From: Candidatus Chryseobacterium colombiense
Lineage (GTDB): Bacteria; Bacteroidota; Bacteroidia; Flavobacteriales; Weeksellaceae
Assembly: GCA_029203185.1 (NCBI GenBank)
Contig: CP119310.1
Coordinates: 3,626,052-3,690,051 of the forward strand
Length of the DNA stretch: 64,000 nucleotides
Direction of reading: 5' to 3'
A program made the translations under genes and the position numbers. The number at the start of each line of letters is the position of its first letter. Positions within the stretch are counted from its first letter, which is position 1. Under the pieces are notes generated by a model. The model had not been told where the DNA came from, did not search any database, and saw only the letters and a list, made by a program, of their open reading frames with translations. Positions 17,727-27,207 of the stretch are shown in pieces.

Positions 17727-18806
17727 ATGAAGGTACAAAAACCGATACATCACAGATTTCAATACCTGTTGGAATTCAAAGAAACGGAAAGGAAATGGCA
17801 TTTTCCCTTTCTTGCAGCATTGTGTATAGGAAGCTGTCTTCTTATCGGATATTTTTTAGGAAAGCCAAATTACGGAGCGCTTTCAAGTTTGGGAGCACTA
17901 ACGATTTTATATTTCACATCGGCTCCGATTACACAGAGAATGATCCATTTAGTGGTGTGCGCTTTCGGAATTATATTTTCATTTACCATAAGCTCATTTT
18001 TTAGCTTTAATGCTTATTTTGCAGCATTGTCATTGGGAGTTGTTTCGTTTTTGGCCCATTTTATTACATCATATTTTAAAATTCCTCCGCCGGGAAACTT
18101 TTTCTTCATTATGGTTGCCGCAATGGCAAGTACCTATAAATTTGATTTAGAATTAATTCCTCTCAGAGTGGGGCTCGTTGCAATGGGAGCTATTTTATCC
18201 TGTTCATTTGCCTTTTTATATTCTGTTTTTATCGAAAAAAGTGAGATGGTGGTCATTTCAAGAAGATCATTCAATAAGAGGAGGTATACCAAATTTGTGG
18301 AGAGTACTATTATTGGATTTTTCATGGCTTCGACTTTAATTATCGGACATCTTTTGAAATTTGAAAATACCTACTGGATTTCTATCGCAGCAGTGGCTAT
18401 CATTCAGGGAAGGAATTTTGAACATGTCCGGCAGAGGAATACACACCGGATTTTAGGAACCTTCATCGGGCTTGGCCTGGCTTGGCTGATTCTTTTATTC
18501 GATCCTGAAAAGATTGTCATGATCTTGATCATCACAGTTTTGCAATTTATCATCGAGTTATTGGTCGTAAGGAATTACGGTTTTGCAGTAGTTTTTATTA
18601 CTCCGTTAACGATTCTTCTAGCGGAAACGGCAAGTGAGATTCATCATGATATTGAAAATCTGATGCGCGCAAGACTTATTGATACCATTATTGGAAGTTT
18701 AATTGGTTTGGCAGCTGGATTTTTCCTTCATCATCAGCAGATTATTAATAACTTAGAGAAAAATATCCGGTTTTCTTATTTTCAATTTAAAAAACTAAAA
18801 AAATAG
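17727..18806 (+). CDS. FUSC-family (aromatic/fusaric acid exporter-like) membrane protein
   Basis: 359 aa and polytopic, with YWISIAAVAIIQ and RILGTFIGLGLAW segments typical of the FUSC family. It starts directly after the mazG stop. Confidence 0.65.
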   Translation: MKVQKPIHHRFQYLLEFKETERKWHFPFLAALCIGSCLLIGYFLGKPNYGALSSLGALTILYFTSAPITQRMIHLVVCAFGIIFSFTISSFFSFNAYFAALSLGVVSFLAHFITSYFKIPPPGNFFFIMVAAMASTYKFDLELIPLRVGLVAMGAILSCSFAFLYSVFIEKSEMVVISRRSFNKRRYTKFVESTIIGFFMASTLIIGHLLKFENTYWISIAAVAIIQGRNFEHVRQRNTHRILGTFIGLGLAWLILLFDPEKIVMILIITVLQFIIELLVVRNYGFAVVFITPLTILLAETASEIHHDIENLMRARLIDTIIGSLIGLAAGFFLHHQQIINNLEKNIRFSYFQFKKLKK

Positions 18807-18808
18807 AT

Positions 18809-19678
18809 ATGTTACGCATCGTTGCTTTATCAGCGTTCTTATTATGGAGCTGCAATCCAAAGGCACAGGATTCATCCCAGAAGAATGAGCTAAAAGTAGA
18901 ATTTTCGCTGCCTAAAAAGCTGAAAGAGGTTTCAGGGATCGCCTTATCTCAGGACAAAAAAATAATCTGGGTTATAGAAGACCAGGGAAATAAAAATGTA
19001 GTCTATGGCTTAGATAAGCAGGGTAAACTGGTGGCGGATATTTTAGTGGAAAATGCCGAAAACAATGATTGGGAAGATATTACAAAAGATATACATGGGA
19101 ATATTTATTTAGGGGATTTTGGAAACAATGATAATGACAGACAGAATCTTTCGATCTTAAAATTAGATTTGAAAACACCTTCTCAGGCGACTACGAAAGT
19201 TGTTCAGACTACCCGGTTTCATTATGAAGGACAGACTGAATTTCCTCCTAAAAAATCAAAATTGTTGTATGATTGTGAAGCCTTTGTAGAGATGGACGGT
19301 AATTTTTACCTCTTCACAAAAAACAGAAGCAAAGGTTTTGACGGAACTTTTCTGGTTTTTAAGGTTCCTAATAAAGAAGGTGATTTTGAAGCGAAATTAA
19401 TAGGAAAGTTAAGGCTTGAGGGGAAATACAGTGATGCGGCTATAACTTCAGCAGCCATCAACAGTACAAAAGATAAAATTGTTTTGTTAAGCCATAAAAA
19501 TATTCACGTTCTTTCAGGATTTACAGCTAATGATTTTAGTAACGCAAAAATTGAAAAAGTTTCTCTGAATCATAATTCCCAAAAAGAATCGGTTGTTTTT
19601 CTTGATGACAAGACATTGTTGATTGCCGACGAAAAAAATAAGGATACAGGTGGAAATGTCTACAAATTTTCATTATAA
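18809..19678 (+). CDS. hypothetical lipoprotein (beta-propeller-like)
   Basis: 289 aa with a lipobox-like LLWSC. Repeated beta-strand-rich segments (EVSGIAL..., WEDITKD..GNIYLGDFGNN). No firm family. Confidence 0.55.
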   Translation: MLRIVALSAFLLWSCNPKAQDSSQKNELKVEFSLPKKLKEVSGIALSQDKKIIWVIEDQGNKNVVYGLDKQGKLVADILVENAENNDWEDITKDIHGNIYLGDFGNNDNDRQNLSILKLDLKTPSQATTKVVQTTRFHYEGQTEFPPKKSKLLYDCEAFVEMDGNFYLFTKNRSKGFDGTFLVFKVPNKEGDFEAKLIGKLRLEGKYSDAAITSAAINSTKDKIVLLSHKNIHVLSGFTANDFSNAKIEKVSLNHNSQKESVVFLDDKTLLIADEKNKDTGGNVYKFSL

Positions 19679-19716
19679 AAAACAAATCGCGGACTCATTG
19701 GTGCGCGATTTTATTT

Positions 19717-22700
19717 TTAAAACGTCATTCCTATTCCTCCGGAGATTCTTCCGCCATCGGAACCTGTAAAATAATTCAATCTTGCCGAGAATGTTTCTAC
19801 AATGCTCATCCAGAAACCACCACCAATAGACTGATGCCATTTTCTTGAATCTTCATGATCATTCCAGACTCTACCGATATCATACCCTATCAGAATTCCC
19901 ATGTTTGCAGGAACAATAGGATTTCTTACCCTTCCGAAATCCCATCGGATTTCAGAGTTATTGGTAAAATAAGATCTTCCTGAAAACCTGTCATTTCTGA
20001 AAGCTCTCATTCCGTTGTTACCTCCAATGCTTGCTGCCTGGTAGAATTCAAAATTGTTATTATTGATCCACATGGCGTTGGTAGAATTCGCCAATACAAA
20101 GTTTCCTCTTTTATCAAGTCGGTGGTCGATAGAAAGCGAACCGTTGAGAATAAGGAAACTTTTTTCAATATTTGATAGGTTGGTTTTCCAGTCTGCATTT
20201 ACAACAAACTCCATTCCTAAAGTAGGAAAAGCGGTATTGTCTAAATTTTTGTAGCTGAAAGTATAATTCGCTCCGGCAAATTGCTGACTGCTGAATACCT
20301 CTTGGTTTACATCCGGAGAAACGTCTACAAAACGATTCCCTTTTCTTTGTACTTTATTGTTTTCAAACGTAAGCTGAAACTGATGTTGCAGATTCATCCA
20401 GCTTTTCTTAGAAATAGACGGTGCAAAGTTTAACTTTGATATTCTTGCTCTGTTGTATTTTCGGTCTGTGTTTTCTTTATCGTATTCACTTTCATTGGAT
20501 AATCCGAAAAAGTTTTCAGAAAATCGGGGAGTGCTGTACAATGCATCAATATTAAAATCCCATCCTGCGATTGCTTTTTTGAATATTCCTTTATATGCAA
20601 GATTAAAGCCAGCTGTAGCAGTGTAAAAATTAGCTTTTAAGCTGTGCTTTTGTGTAAAAGGATCACGAATGAAGTTATTGACGGTATAATTGACTAATGC
20701 ACCAATGATAACGCCATCATCAGGATTAAAGTCTATATTAGGATAACCGGCTACAAAATTATATTTCGGATGCTTGTAATTGTAGGTATTGATATCATAA
20801 TCATCCGAAATCTTTTTGGCTCCTTCACCGTTGTATGTATTTTTCTGTGATTTAAAATCATAGATTTTTACTTTACTTCCGTTGGCAACGGTATAAGTGT
20901 CATGATTATAGCCTCCGATTAATCTGATATTCATTTTTGGATGGCCTTCCCCGGAAACCTCATAAATATCATCGTCTTCCAGTCCGTAAATCCAGAGTTC
21001 CTTGGTTTTGGAATCCTCATAGGTCTTCTCAAAAACAAGTTCAGGGTTTTCCTGGTTTTTATCAAGCTTATACTGCTGTACAAGAACGGAATTTCCGTTC
21101 TTGGTAATGACAAATTTGTCAGGATTTACAGTTCCGGCTAACGGTACTTTTTCCTGTAAAACATCATAATATTGGGAAGCGTAATCCTGAAGTTTTGTTT
21201 TTCTGATTTTTAACTTTCGCTGTATATCAGCAAGTGTTTCATCCTGTACTTCTTTAGGAATATTGGTAAATGCTTCATCGATATTTTTATCCGTAAGATG
21301 TTCCTGAATATATTTTGCCTGTGCAATCCAGTCTTCCTGAGTCGCTCCTTTTAAGAATATTAAATCTAACGGATAAGGTTCCATATTCATCCATTTTACA
21401 TTTTTAATATCCTCTTTAAACGTTTTCATATGTCGGATAGCCGGAATATTCATAATAATCTTGAAAGCAGCTCCGTCATATTTACTGAAAGCCTGATCCC
21501 GGTCTCGTGGAATCGGCTTGTAAATAACCTTCTTGCCATCCTCATATTCTGCCCATTTCCATTGATCAGAATGTCTGTCCCAGTCACCAATCAGCATATC
21601 GAAGATTCTTGCTCTGATATAAGATTCCTTATCAATCGAATATTTATAACTTTTATTTAAGTTCTTTAAAACATCATCGGTAGAAAGAAGGTCTTTTGCA
21701 TTATCCAGAGAAGCCAATGTTTTCGGATCTGAAGAAAAACGCTCTTCAATCATATACATTTCGTTGCCATAGTTCTGATTATATTCACCTAAAGCCTGTT
21801 GCTTAGGAATGTAATATAATCTTGGATTGGAATGAGGTATATTAAGTTTTTCGGCCATATTCCCCACAGAAAAAGGGGTGAATGGATGATTGGTCGTATA
21901 AAAATCCAGTAAGAATTTATCCGGGAAAGTATTATTAAGCTCGTTTCCGAAAGTACTTTTCTTAAAGGCCATATTGTTCAGAAAACGGACTGCGCTTTTT
22001 TTGACTCCCCTCATGACAAATTCCTGTCCGTCCTGAGTTTTAAGGCGTAAACTATTCGACTGGTTTCCGCCGCCTTCTCTGAAAGGGGTATAGCCTCCGT
22101 CAAGTGTCGAAAGATTGGCGGTAGGAGCTTCAATCGGCATTCCGTAATATTTTCTGTAATGTTCCCCCCAAAGCCATCTGTAAATCGGTCCTTTCTGTGT
22201 TAATTTTTTAGGATAAATAGTGGAAGTAACAGTGGCTGGAAAAGAATCGGGATAATTATTGATAAATTTTTGAGGTTTTTCAATAACCTGAACATGGGTA
22301 AGCTTTTTTAGAGTATTGTTTTTTGTTGAAAAATATTCAATATCCGAACTCTCATCTTTTCTGATGTTCAATATGGCAAAGCCGCTTCCTCCGTAGGAAA
22401 AATCTGTCCTTGAGCCAATGGTTGCAGGATCTACTTTTGAACCAGCTCCACTTACAATTTGTCTGATGTTTCTTTCTTCATGATATTGAAGATTATGATC
22501 ATGCCCGGAAACAAAAATAATATTTTCTTTATCCTGAACAATACTTTTTAACCGGTTGGCTAAATCAGCGTAGTGTTGATTGTTTATATCTTCCGGGTTT
22601 GCTCCTGAAGAACTTCTTAAAATATTGATAATGCTTGCAATTCCGGGAAGAGGAATCTTCGTGTTTAAAGGAAAAAGATGAGAAGCCACAGAATTGTATC

Positions 22701-23430
22701 CTGCATGAGTTCCGCTACTGATAATGGGATGATGGAGTGCAACAATAATTCTCTTATCCTGATTTTTAGTAATCAGGTCTTTAAAGTCGGTGAAGAGGTC
22801 TTCACGGGTTTTAATGTCACAATTTTTATTGATACCCGGATAATTATCCCAGTTTGCCAATGCCCATTCTGTATCGATTACAATTAATTTAATATCTTTC
22901 GTTAAGCTGATATCATCAAGCGGGCACGAGTTTTTTGGCAAGAAAGCTTTTTTATCATTAAAATAATTTTTCACCAATTCTTCCTGAGCTTTTAAGCCAT
23001 CCAGTCCGCTGTACCAGTCATGATTTCCCGGAATTACCAGTGTTTTTCCCTGAAAGTTTTTGGTGATATCCAGTTGGGTTTCCAGTTTTTTCTTTGCCAA
23101 AGCATAATTTTCATCAGATTTTTTCGGCATTCCGCTAGGATAGATATTGTCTCCTAAAAAAATCAGCATAGAATTTTTACTGGCGGAGTCAAGCTTGGAT
23201 TTAAGCAGGTTTAAGGTTTGCTGAGATTGTGGTTCATCCGCATTACCGGCATCACCTATGAGAAAAATCTGGAAATCATTTTCAGCTTTGTTGTCAGAAT
23301 GTTGTATTTCAGATAAGTTTTTACCCTTTTTTACGTTATATGTTGCGCAGGAATAGAGTACTCCTGCGGATAATACCGTTCTTATGACGACGGACGTATT
23401 TTTTAAATGAGTTTTAAAGGATAAATTCAT
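19717..23430 (-). CDS. large lipoprotein: N-terminal calcineurin-like metallophosphoesterase plus C-terminal Omp85/BamA-like beta-barrel
   Basis: 1237 aa with lipobox LYSC. Phosphoesterase motifs GDAGN, GDNIYPSG, PGNHDW, HHPIISSGTHAG and SGHDHNLQY. The C-terminal roughly 350 aa are beta-barrel-like and end in GGIGMTF. Confidence 0.75.
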   Translation of the reverse strand: MNLSFKTHLKNTSVVIRTVLSAGVLYSCATYNVKKGKNLSEIQHSDNKAENDFQIFLIGDAGNADEPQSQQTLNLLKSKLDSASKNSMLIFLGDNIYPSGMPKKSDENYALAKKKLETQLDITKNFQGKTLVIPGNHDWYSGLDGLKAQEELVKNYFNDKKAFLPKNSCPLDDISLTKDIKLIVIDTEWALANWDNYPGINKNCDIKTREDLFTDFKDLITKNQDKRIIVALHHPIISSGTHAGYNSVASHLFPLNTKIPLPGIASIINILRSSSGANPEDINNQHYADLANRLKSIVQDKENIIFVSGHDHNLQYHEERNIRQIVSGAGSKVDPATIGSRTDFSYGGSGFAILNIRKDESSDIEYFSTKNNTLKKLTHVQVIEKPQKFINNYPDSFPATVTSTIYPKKLTQKGPIYRWLWGEHYRKYYGMPIEAPTANLSTLDGGYTPFREGGGNQSNSLRLKTQDGQEFVMRGVKKSAVRFLNNMAFKKSTFGNELNNTFPDKFLLDFYTTNHPFTPFSVGNMAEKLNIPHSNPRLYYIPKQQALGEYNQNYGNEMYMIEERFSSDPKTLASLDNAKDLLSTDDVLKNLNKSYKYSIDKESYIRARIFDMLIGDWDRHSDQWKWAEYEDGKKVIYKPIPRDRDQAFSKYDGAAFKIIMNIPAIRHMKTFKEDIKNVKWMNMEPYPLDLIFLKGATQEDWIAQAKYIQEHLTDKNIDEAFTNIPKEVQDETLADIQRKLKIRKTKLQDYASQYYDVLQEKVPLAGTVNPDKFVITKNGNSVLVQQYKLDKNQENPELVFEKTYEDSKTKELWIYGLEDDDIYEVSGEGHPKMNIRLIGGYNHDTYTVANGSKVKIYDFKSQKNTYNGEGAKKISDDYDINTYNYKHPKYNFVAGYPNIDFNPDDGVIIGALVNYTVNNFIRDPFTQKHSLKANFYTATAGFNLAYKGIFKKAIAGWDFNIDALYSTPRFSENFFGLSNESEYDKENTDRKYNRARISKLNFAPSISKKSWMNLQHQFQLTFENNKVQRKGNRFVDVSPDVNQEVFSSQQFAGANYTFSYKNLDNTAFPTLGMEFVVNADWKTNLSNIEKSFLILNGSLSIDHRLDKRGNFVLANSTNAMWINNNNFEFYQAASIGGNNGMRAFRNDRFSGRSYFTNNSEIRWDFGRVRNPIVPANMGILIGYDIGRVWNDHEDSRKWHQSIGGGFWMSIVETFSARLNYFTGSDGGRISGGIGMTF

Positions 23431-23456
23431 AAATTTACAATAACAAAATTTCAGTG

Positions 23457-24632
23457 ATGAGCATTTTACAAAAAGCCAAAGATTATGTTGAAATCTTATT
23501 CAAAGATAAGTTATCTTCGGTATACTTTTATCATAATTTTATTCATACTACTTACACAGTAAACAAGGCTGAAGAAATCTTGAAGCATACACCGGTTTCT
23601 GAAGAAGATCAGGAGAAAGTGCTGCTTGCTCTTTGGTTTCATGATACAGGGTACATAGAATGTGCGCAGAACCATGAAGAAAAAGGCGTTGAAATCATGA
23701 AAGATTTTTTGAAAAAAGAAAATTATCCTGAAAACGGGATCGAAGATATTGCCAAGCTTATTTTAGCTACTAAAATTACTTATGAGCCCCAGAATCTGCT
23801 GGAACAGATTGTAAAAGATTCGGATTGCAGCCATTTTGCGAGCCATGATTATAATGATATTTCTGATGCGCTCAGAAAAGAATGGGAGCTTACCAATGTG
23901 AGATGCTTTTCCAATGATGAATGGAATGCCGGAAATCTGGAAATGCTTAAAAATAAACATAAATTTTACACAGAGTATGCCAAAATGGCGTGGCAGCCTT
24001 TAAAGGAGAAGAATATCAAGAAAATTGAGAAAAAGTTGGAAAAAGAAGATGAAAAGGAAAGCAAAAAAGAAAATTCAGGGAATAAAAAAGAAAAGGAGCC
24101 AAAATCTGACCGAAGTGTGGATACTTTGTTCAGAGTAACGCTGAGTAATCATACGAGATTAAGTGATATTGCGGATAGTAAAGCCAATATTTTGTTATCT
24201 GTAAATGCTATTATCATTTCGGTTTGTCTTTCTGTTTTGGTTCCCAAACTGGATGCTCCAAAGAATTCACATTTGATTATTCCGAGCTTTATTCTTTTGT
24301 TATCCGCGGTTTTAACGATCATATTTGCGATTTTATCTACAAAACCTAATGTTACACAGGCTAAATTTACCTTACAGGACGTTGCCGACCGAAAAGTAAA
24401 TCTTTTGTTCTTTGGTAATTTTAACAGGATGATTTTTGACGATTATCAGAACGCGATGAATGTATTGATCAAAGATCGTGATTATATCTACGATTCGATG
24501 GTAAAAGATTTATATTATCTTGGGAAAGTGCTTGACAGAAAGTACAGGCTTTTGTCTATAACCTATAAAATTTTTATGGCAGGAATCATCATTTCTGTAT
24601 TGTCTTTCGGATATGCCTTTCTTACGCTGTAG
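23457..24632 (+). CDS. HD-domain phosphohydrolase fused to a Pycsar-effector-like (DUF5706/PycTM) three-TM module
   Basis: N-terminus has H...HD (FIHTTYTV...LALWFHDTGY). A K/E-rich linker follows, then RSVDTLFRVTLSNHTRLSDIADSKANILLSVNAIIISV plus two more TM helices and YYLGKVLDRKYRLL. The pattern matches my memory of PF18967. Confidence 0.65.
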   Translation: MSILQKAKDYVEILFKDKLSSVYFYHNFIHTTYTVNKAEEILKHTPVSEEDQEKVLLALWFHDTGYIECAQNHEEKGVEIMKDFLKKENYPENGIEDIAKLILATKITYEPQNLLEQIVKDSDCSHFASHDYNDISDALRKEWELTNVRCFSNDEWNAGNLEMLKNKHKFYTEYAKMAWQPLKEKNIKKIEKKLEKEDEKESKKENSGNKKEKEPKSDRSVDTLFRVTLSNHTRLSDIADSKANILLSVNAIIISVCLSVLVPKLDAPKNSHLIIPSFILLLSAVLTIIFAILSTKPNVTQAKFTLQDVADRKVNLLFFGNFNRMIFDDYQNAMNVLIKDRDYIYDSMVKDLYYLGKVLDRKYRLLSITYKIFMAGIIISVLSFGYAFLTL

Positions 24633-24681
24633 AGTTTGAACAGTCGCAAAGAGATTTAAAAAAGCTTGGTGGCTATGTCGT

Positions 24682-26997
24682 TTATTGATCCTGCGGAACA
24701 AGGGAAACTCTTAAAGCCAAAAGTCCTGTAATTCCCTGCAGATCTTCTACTTTTAAGAATTCTACATCATGGTGAAGAATATTTTTTTTCTGTAGCTTAC
24801 TGATATACTCCAAATATTCTCTTTGATTTTCCATTCCGAAATATACAATGGTAATTTTTCCCGGACAGGTAATTCTGTCGGAAGAATCTTTGATGTGAGC
24901 TTTATCTAAACGTTTTTTGATGATCTCATAATAAGAATTATAAGCACCATCTATATCAAAACGTTTTTCATCCATTCTGAAGCGGATGTCCACCTTCTCA
25001 TTATAGACAAATATTAAAGAAGCAATATCCAGAGGAACGGGTAAGCTTGTTTTGAAATTTTGAAACTCCTGTTCCAATGTACAAACAGTTTTCAGCTGCC
25101 AGTATCTGAGCCTGTGAACTACTTTTGAGGTGTAATGCAATTCAGGAGCAATTGCGTTGCCAATATATAAATTATGCTCAACGCCATCTGACTTAAATCT
25201 TTCATAATAATGCGGAAAGATCTGCTGTGCTTTAATCTGGCCTTCATCCAGAATATCTGCAAGCTTTCTGTTGACTAGCGTAATAGATTCGTCCAAGCTT
25301 TTTCTGTGGCCATAAAAAAGGTGATTCTGAGCGAAAACTTTGGAGAAGTAGTTTTTAATTTTTGATTTTACTTCTTTCGTACTTTTTATTTCCAGTTTTC
25401 CCTGCAAAAAAGGGTGAATTTCATCTCTTAAAAGCCTTTGAAAACGTTGCTCTGTATCTGCTTTAATATCATTATTCAGTTCATTTTCAAAAATATCTAA
25501 AGCCAGTAAATATTTTTCCGAATCCGAATTGATAAGGGAAAAAAGATCATGAAGGTTTTCTATCTGCTCATTTAAGTCTGCAAGCATTAGATTATAGCGC
25601 TTTTCAGAGGACGAACGAATATCAGAAAAGCTAAAAAGCGGAGTAAGATTTTTGAATGAAATCTGCTTCAATGTATACATTTTTCTCCCTAAAAATGCAT
25701 TGTAATATTTTTCTGCTTCATTTCTGAATTTCCAGACTACACTGTCGTGAATCGTGGTGTATTCTCTTTGAATAATGGCTTCTATCTGGTTATTTCTTTC
25801 AAAACTGAATCTGCTCAGAGAGAAAAGAATCATATCAGCGAAAAATTCAAGTTTTTTAAGCTTTAAACCATTAAAACTATATGCCAAAGGAGACGTGAAT
25901 TCCATGATGGCAAGAAGTTCATTGTCTTTCATGATCGGGATGACCATGAAGCTGTTGATATTATTATCTTTTAAAATACTGAATGAAGGAAGTTTTTGGA
26001 TCTCATGATCCAAATGATCAACATTTGAAATGACAACCGGCTTGGAATTATGGCTTAAATTATTGAAAGTACTTTCCCTGACTTCCTGATCAAAAGTATT
26101 GATCCAGAAATCGAGAATATGATTGGTGAAAACATTTTCATAGATCGGGACCTTTTCCAGTCTTTTTTCCTTTTTGTTGAAAAGCATTAATCCAAAATTA
26201 AGCTCAGGAACATCGAAATAGGATTTGAAAATTTCCTTTAGATTATCATCGGGAACCAGATTCTCCGGATCAATTTTAATCATGGTGGATTTTAAGTCTG
26301 ATAAAGCCACTTCCGAGGTACAGTCTACCAGAGAAATAATAGTAAAACCACTTAATATCCAAGATTTTGAAGGGAAATACTTTTTCCATAGCGCAGTATC
26401 ATCCAGATTTTCCAGAAGCATATCTATAACTGTGTCTGGAGGAATTGGCGCATCCGGAGTGGGATAAACCTCCGAGAAATCAGAATTTACCGTAATTTTG
26501 TAATGTTTCATGATTCCCTGTTTATTGGGAATATCATAATAAAAGGGAAGTGTGGTCTTGATATCTCTTTTGAAATAAGTCTGCAGGATAAGACAACAGC
26601 AGAAAACATAAAACTCATCATCATCAATGTTTCTGAGTTCAATTTCAAAGTCTTTTCCGGCCTCTTTCAGTATATTCTTGAACCGTTCAGTATAATTGAA
26701 TGTAATATTGGACAGTGGAATACTTGCTGCTTTGATTTCATTATTCGTTAAACCTGTTGGAAAAAGATCGGCAAGTAAAAGCTGGATGATATCTTCATAT
26801 TTGTTTAATAAAGATACATCCTGAAAACCATTTTTCAGTTCCTGAAAATTATTGGTTTTTTCGATAAGTGATTCTGCATAGTTCGCCCGGTATTCTAATC
26901 TGTCGTTATAACGGATATGCTCCAACACATCCAAATATTTTTTGAACGATATGTAAACCTGAAATGGAGCGTCTTTTTTATAAAGGTTTGCCAACAA
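24682..26997 (-). CDS. GAF domain-containing protein with uncharacterised N- and C-terminal regions
   Basis: 771 aa with a TTG start. The central segment SFMVIPIMKDNELLAIMEFTSPLAYSFNGLKLKKLEFFADMILFSLS looks like the C-terminal half of a GAF fold. I cannot place the remaining 230 aa (N-terminal) and 370 aa (C-terminal). Confidence 0.5.
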   Translation of the reverse strand: MLANLYKKDAPFQVYISFKKYLDVLEHIRYNDRLEYRANYAESLIEKTNNFQELKNGFQDVSLLNKYEDIIQLLLADLFPTGLTNNEIKAASIPLSNITFNYTERFKNILKEAGKDFEIELRNIDDDEFYVFCCCLILQTYFKRDIKTTLPFYYDIPNKQGIMKHYKITVNSDFSEVYPTPDAPIPPDTVIDMLLENLDDTALWKKYFPSKSWILSGFTIISLVDCTSEVALSDLKSTMIKIDPENLVPDDNLKEIFKSYFDVPELNFGLMLFNKKEKRLEKVPIYENVFTNHILDFWINTFDQEVRESTFNNLSHNSKPVVISNVDHLDHEIQKLPSFSILKDNNINSFMVIPIMKDNELLAIMEFTSPLAYSFNGLKLKKLEFFADMILFSLSRFSFERNNQIEAIIQREYTTIHDSVVWKFRNEAEKYYNAFLGRKMYTLKQISFKNLTPLFSFSDIRSSSEKRYNLMLADLNEQIENLHDLFSLINSDSEKYLLALDIFENELNNDIKADTEQRFQRLLRDEIHPFLQGKLEIKSTKEVKSKIKNYFSKVFAQNHLFYGHRKSLDESITLVNRKLADILDEGQIKAQQIFPHYYERFKSDGVEHNLYIGNAIAPELHYTSKVVHRLRYWQLKTVCTLEQEFQNFKTSLPVPLDIASLIFVYNEKVDIRFRMDEKRFDIDGAYNSYYEIIKKRLDKAHIKDSSDRITCPGKITIVYFGMENQREYLEYISKLQKKNILHHDVEFLKVEDLQGITGLLALRVSLVPQDQ

Positions 26998-27207
26998 CTG
27001 AAATTTAGAGTAAAGTTATGAAAAAAATAGATTTTTTCAGGAACGAAAAGTCAGAGATATGTGAGATTTACGAATGTATTTAAACTTAAATGAAATTATG
27101 CTTTATGTGTTCGATAAAAAAGTAATACTGTTGTTATTGTGATAGCTTAAAGGGAAATCTTACGATTTATGGAGATGTGCTATTGATTAAAGGAAGTCAA
27201 AAAACAA

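Noticed and set aside
27018-27083. 21-codon micro-ORF (MKKIDFFRNEKSEICEIYECI) in the gap between the SH3 lipoprotein and GAF genes
   Set aside because: It is too short with no supporting signal. It lies on the opposite strand to both neighbours, in a region that must hold the GAF promoter and the operon terminator.
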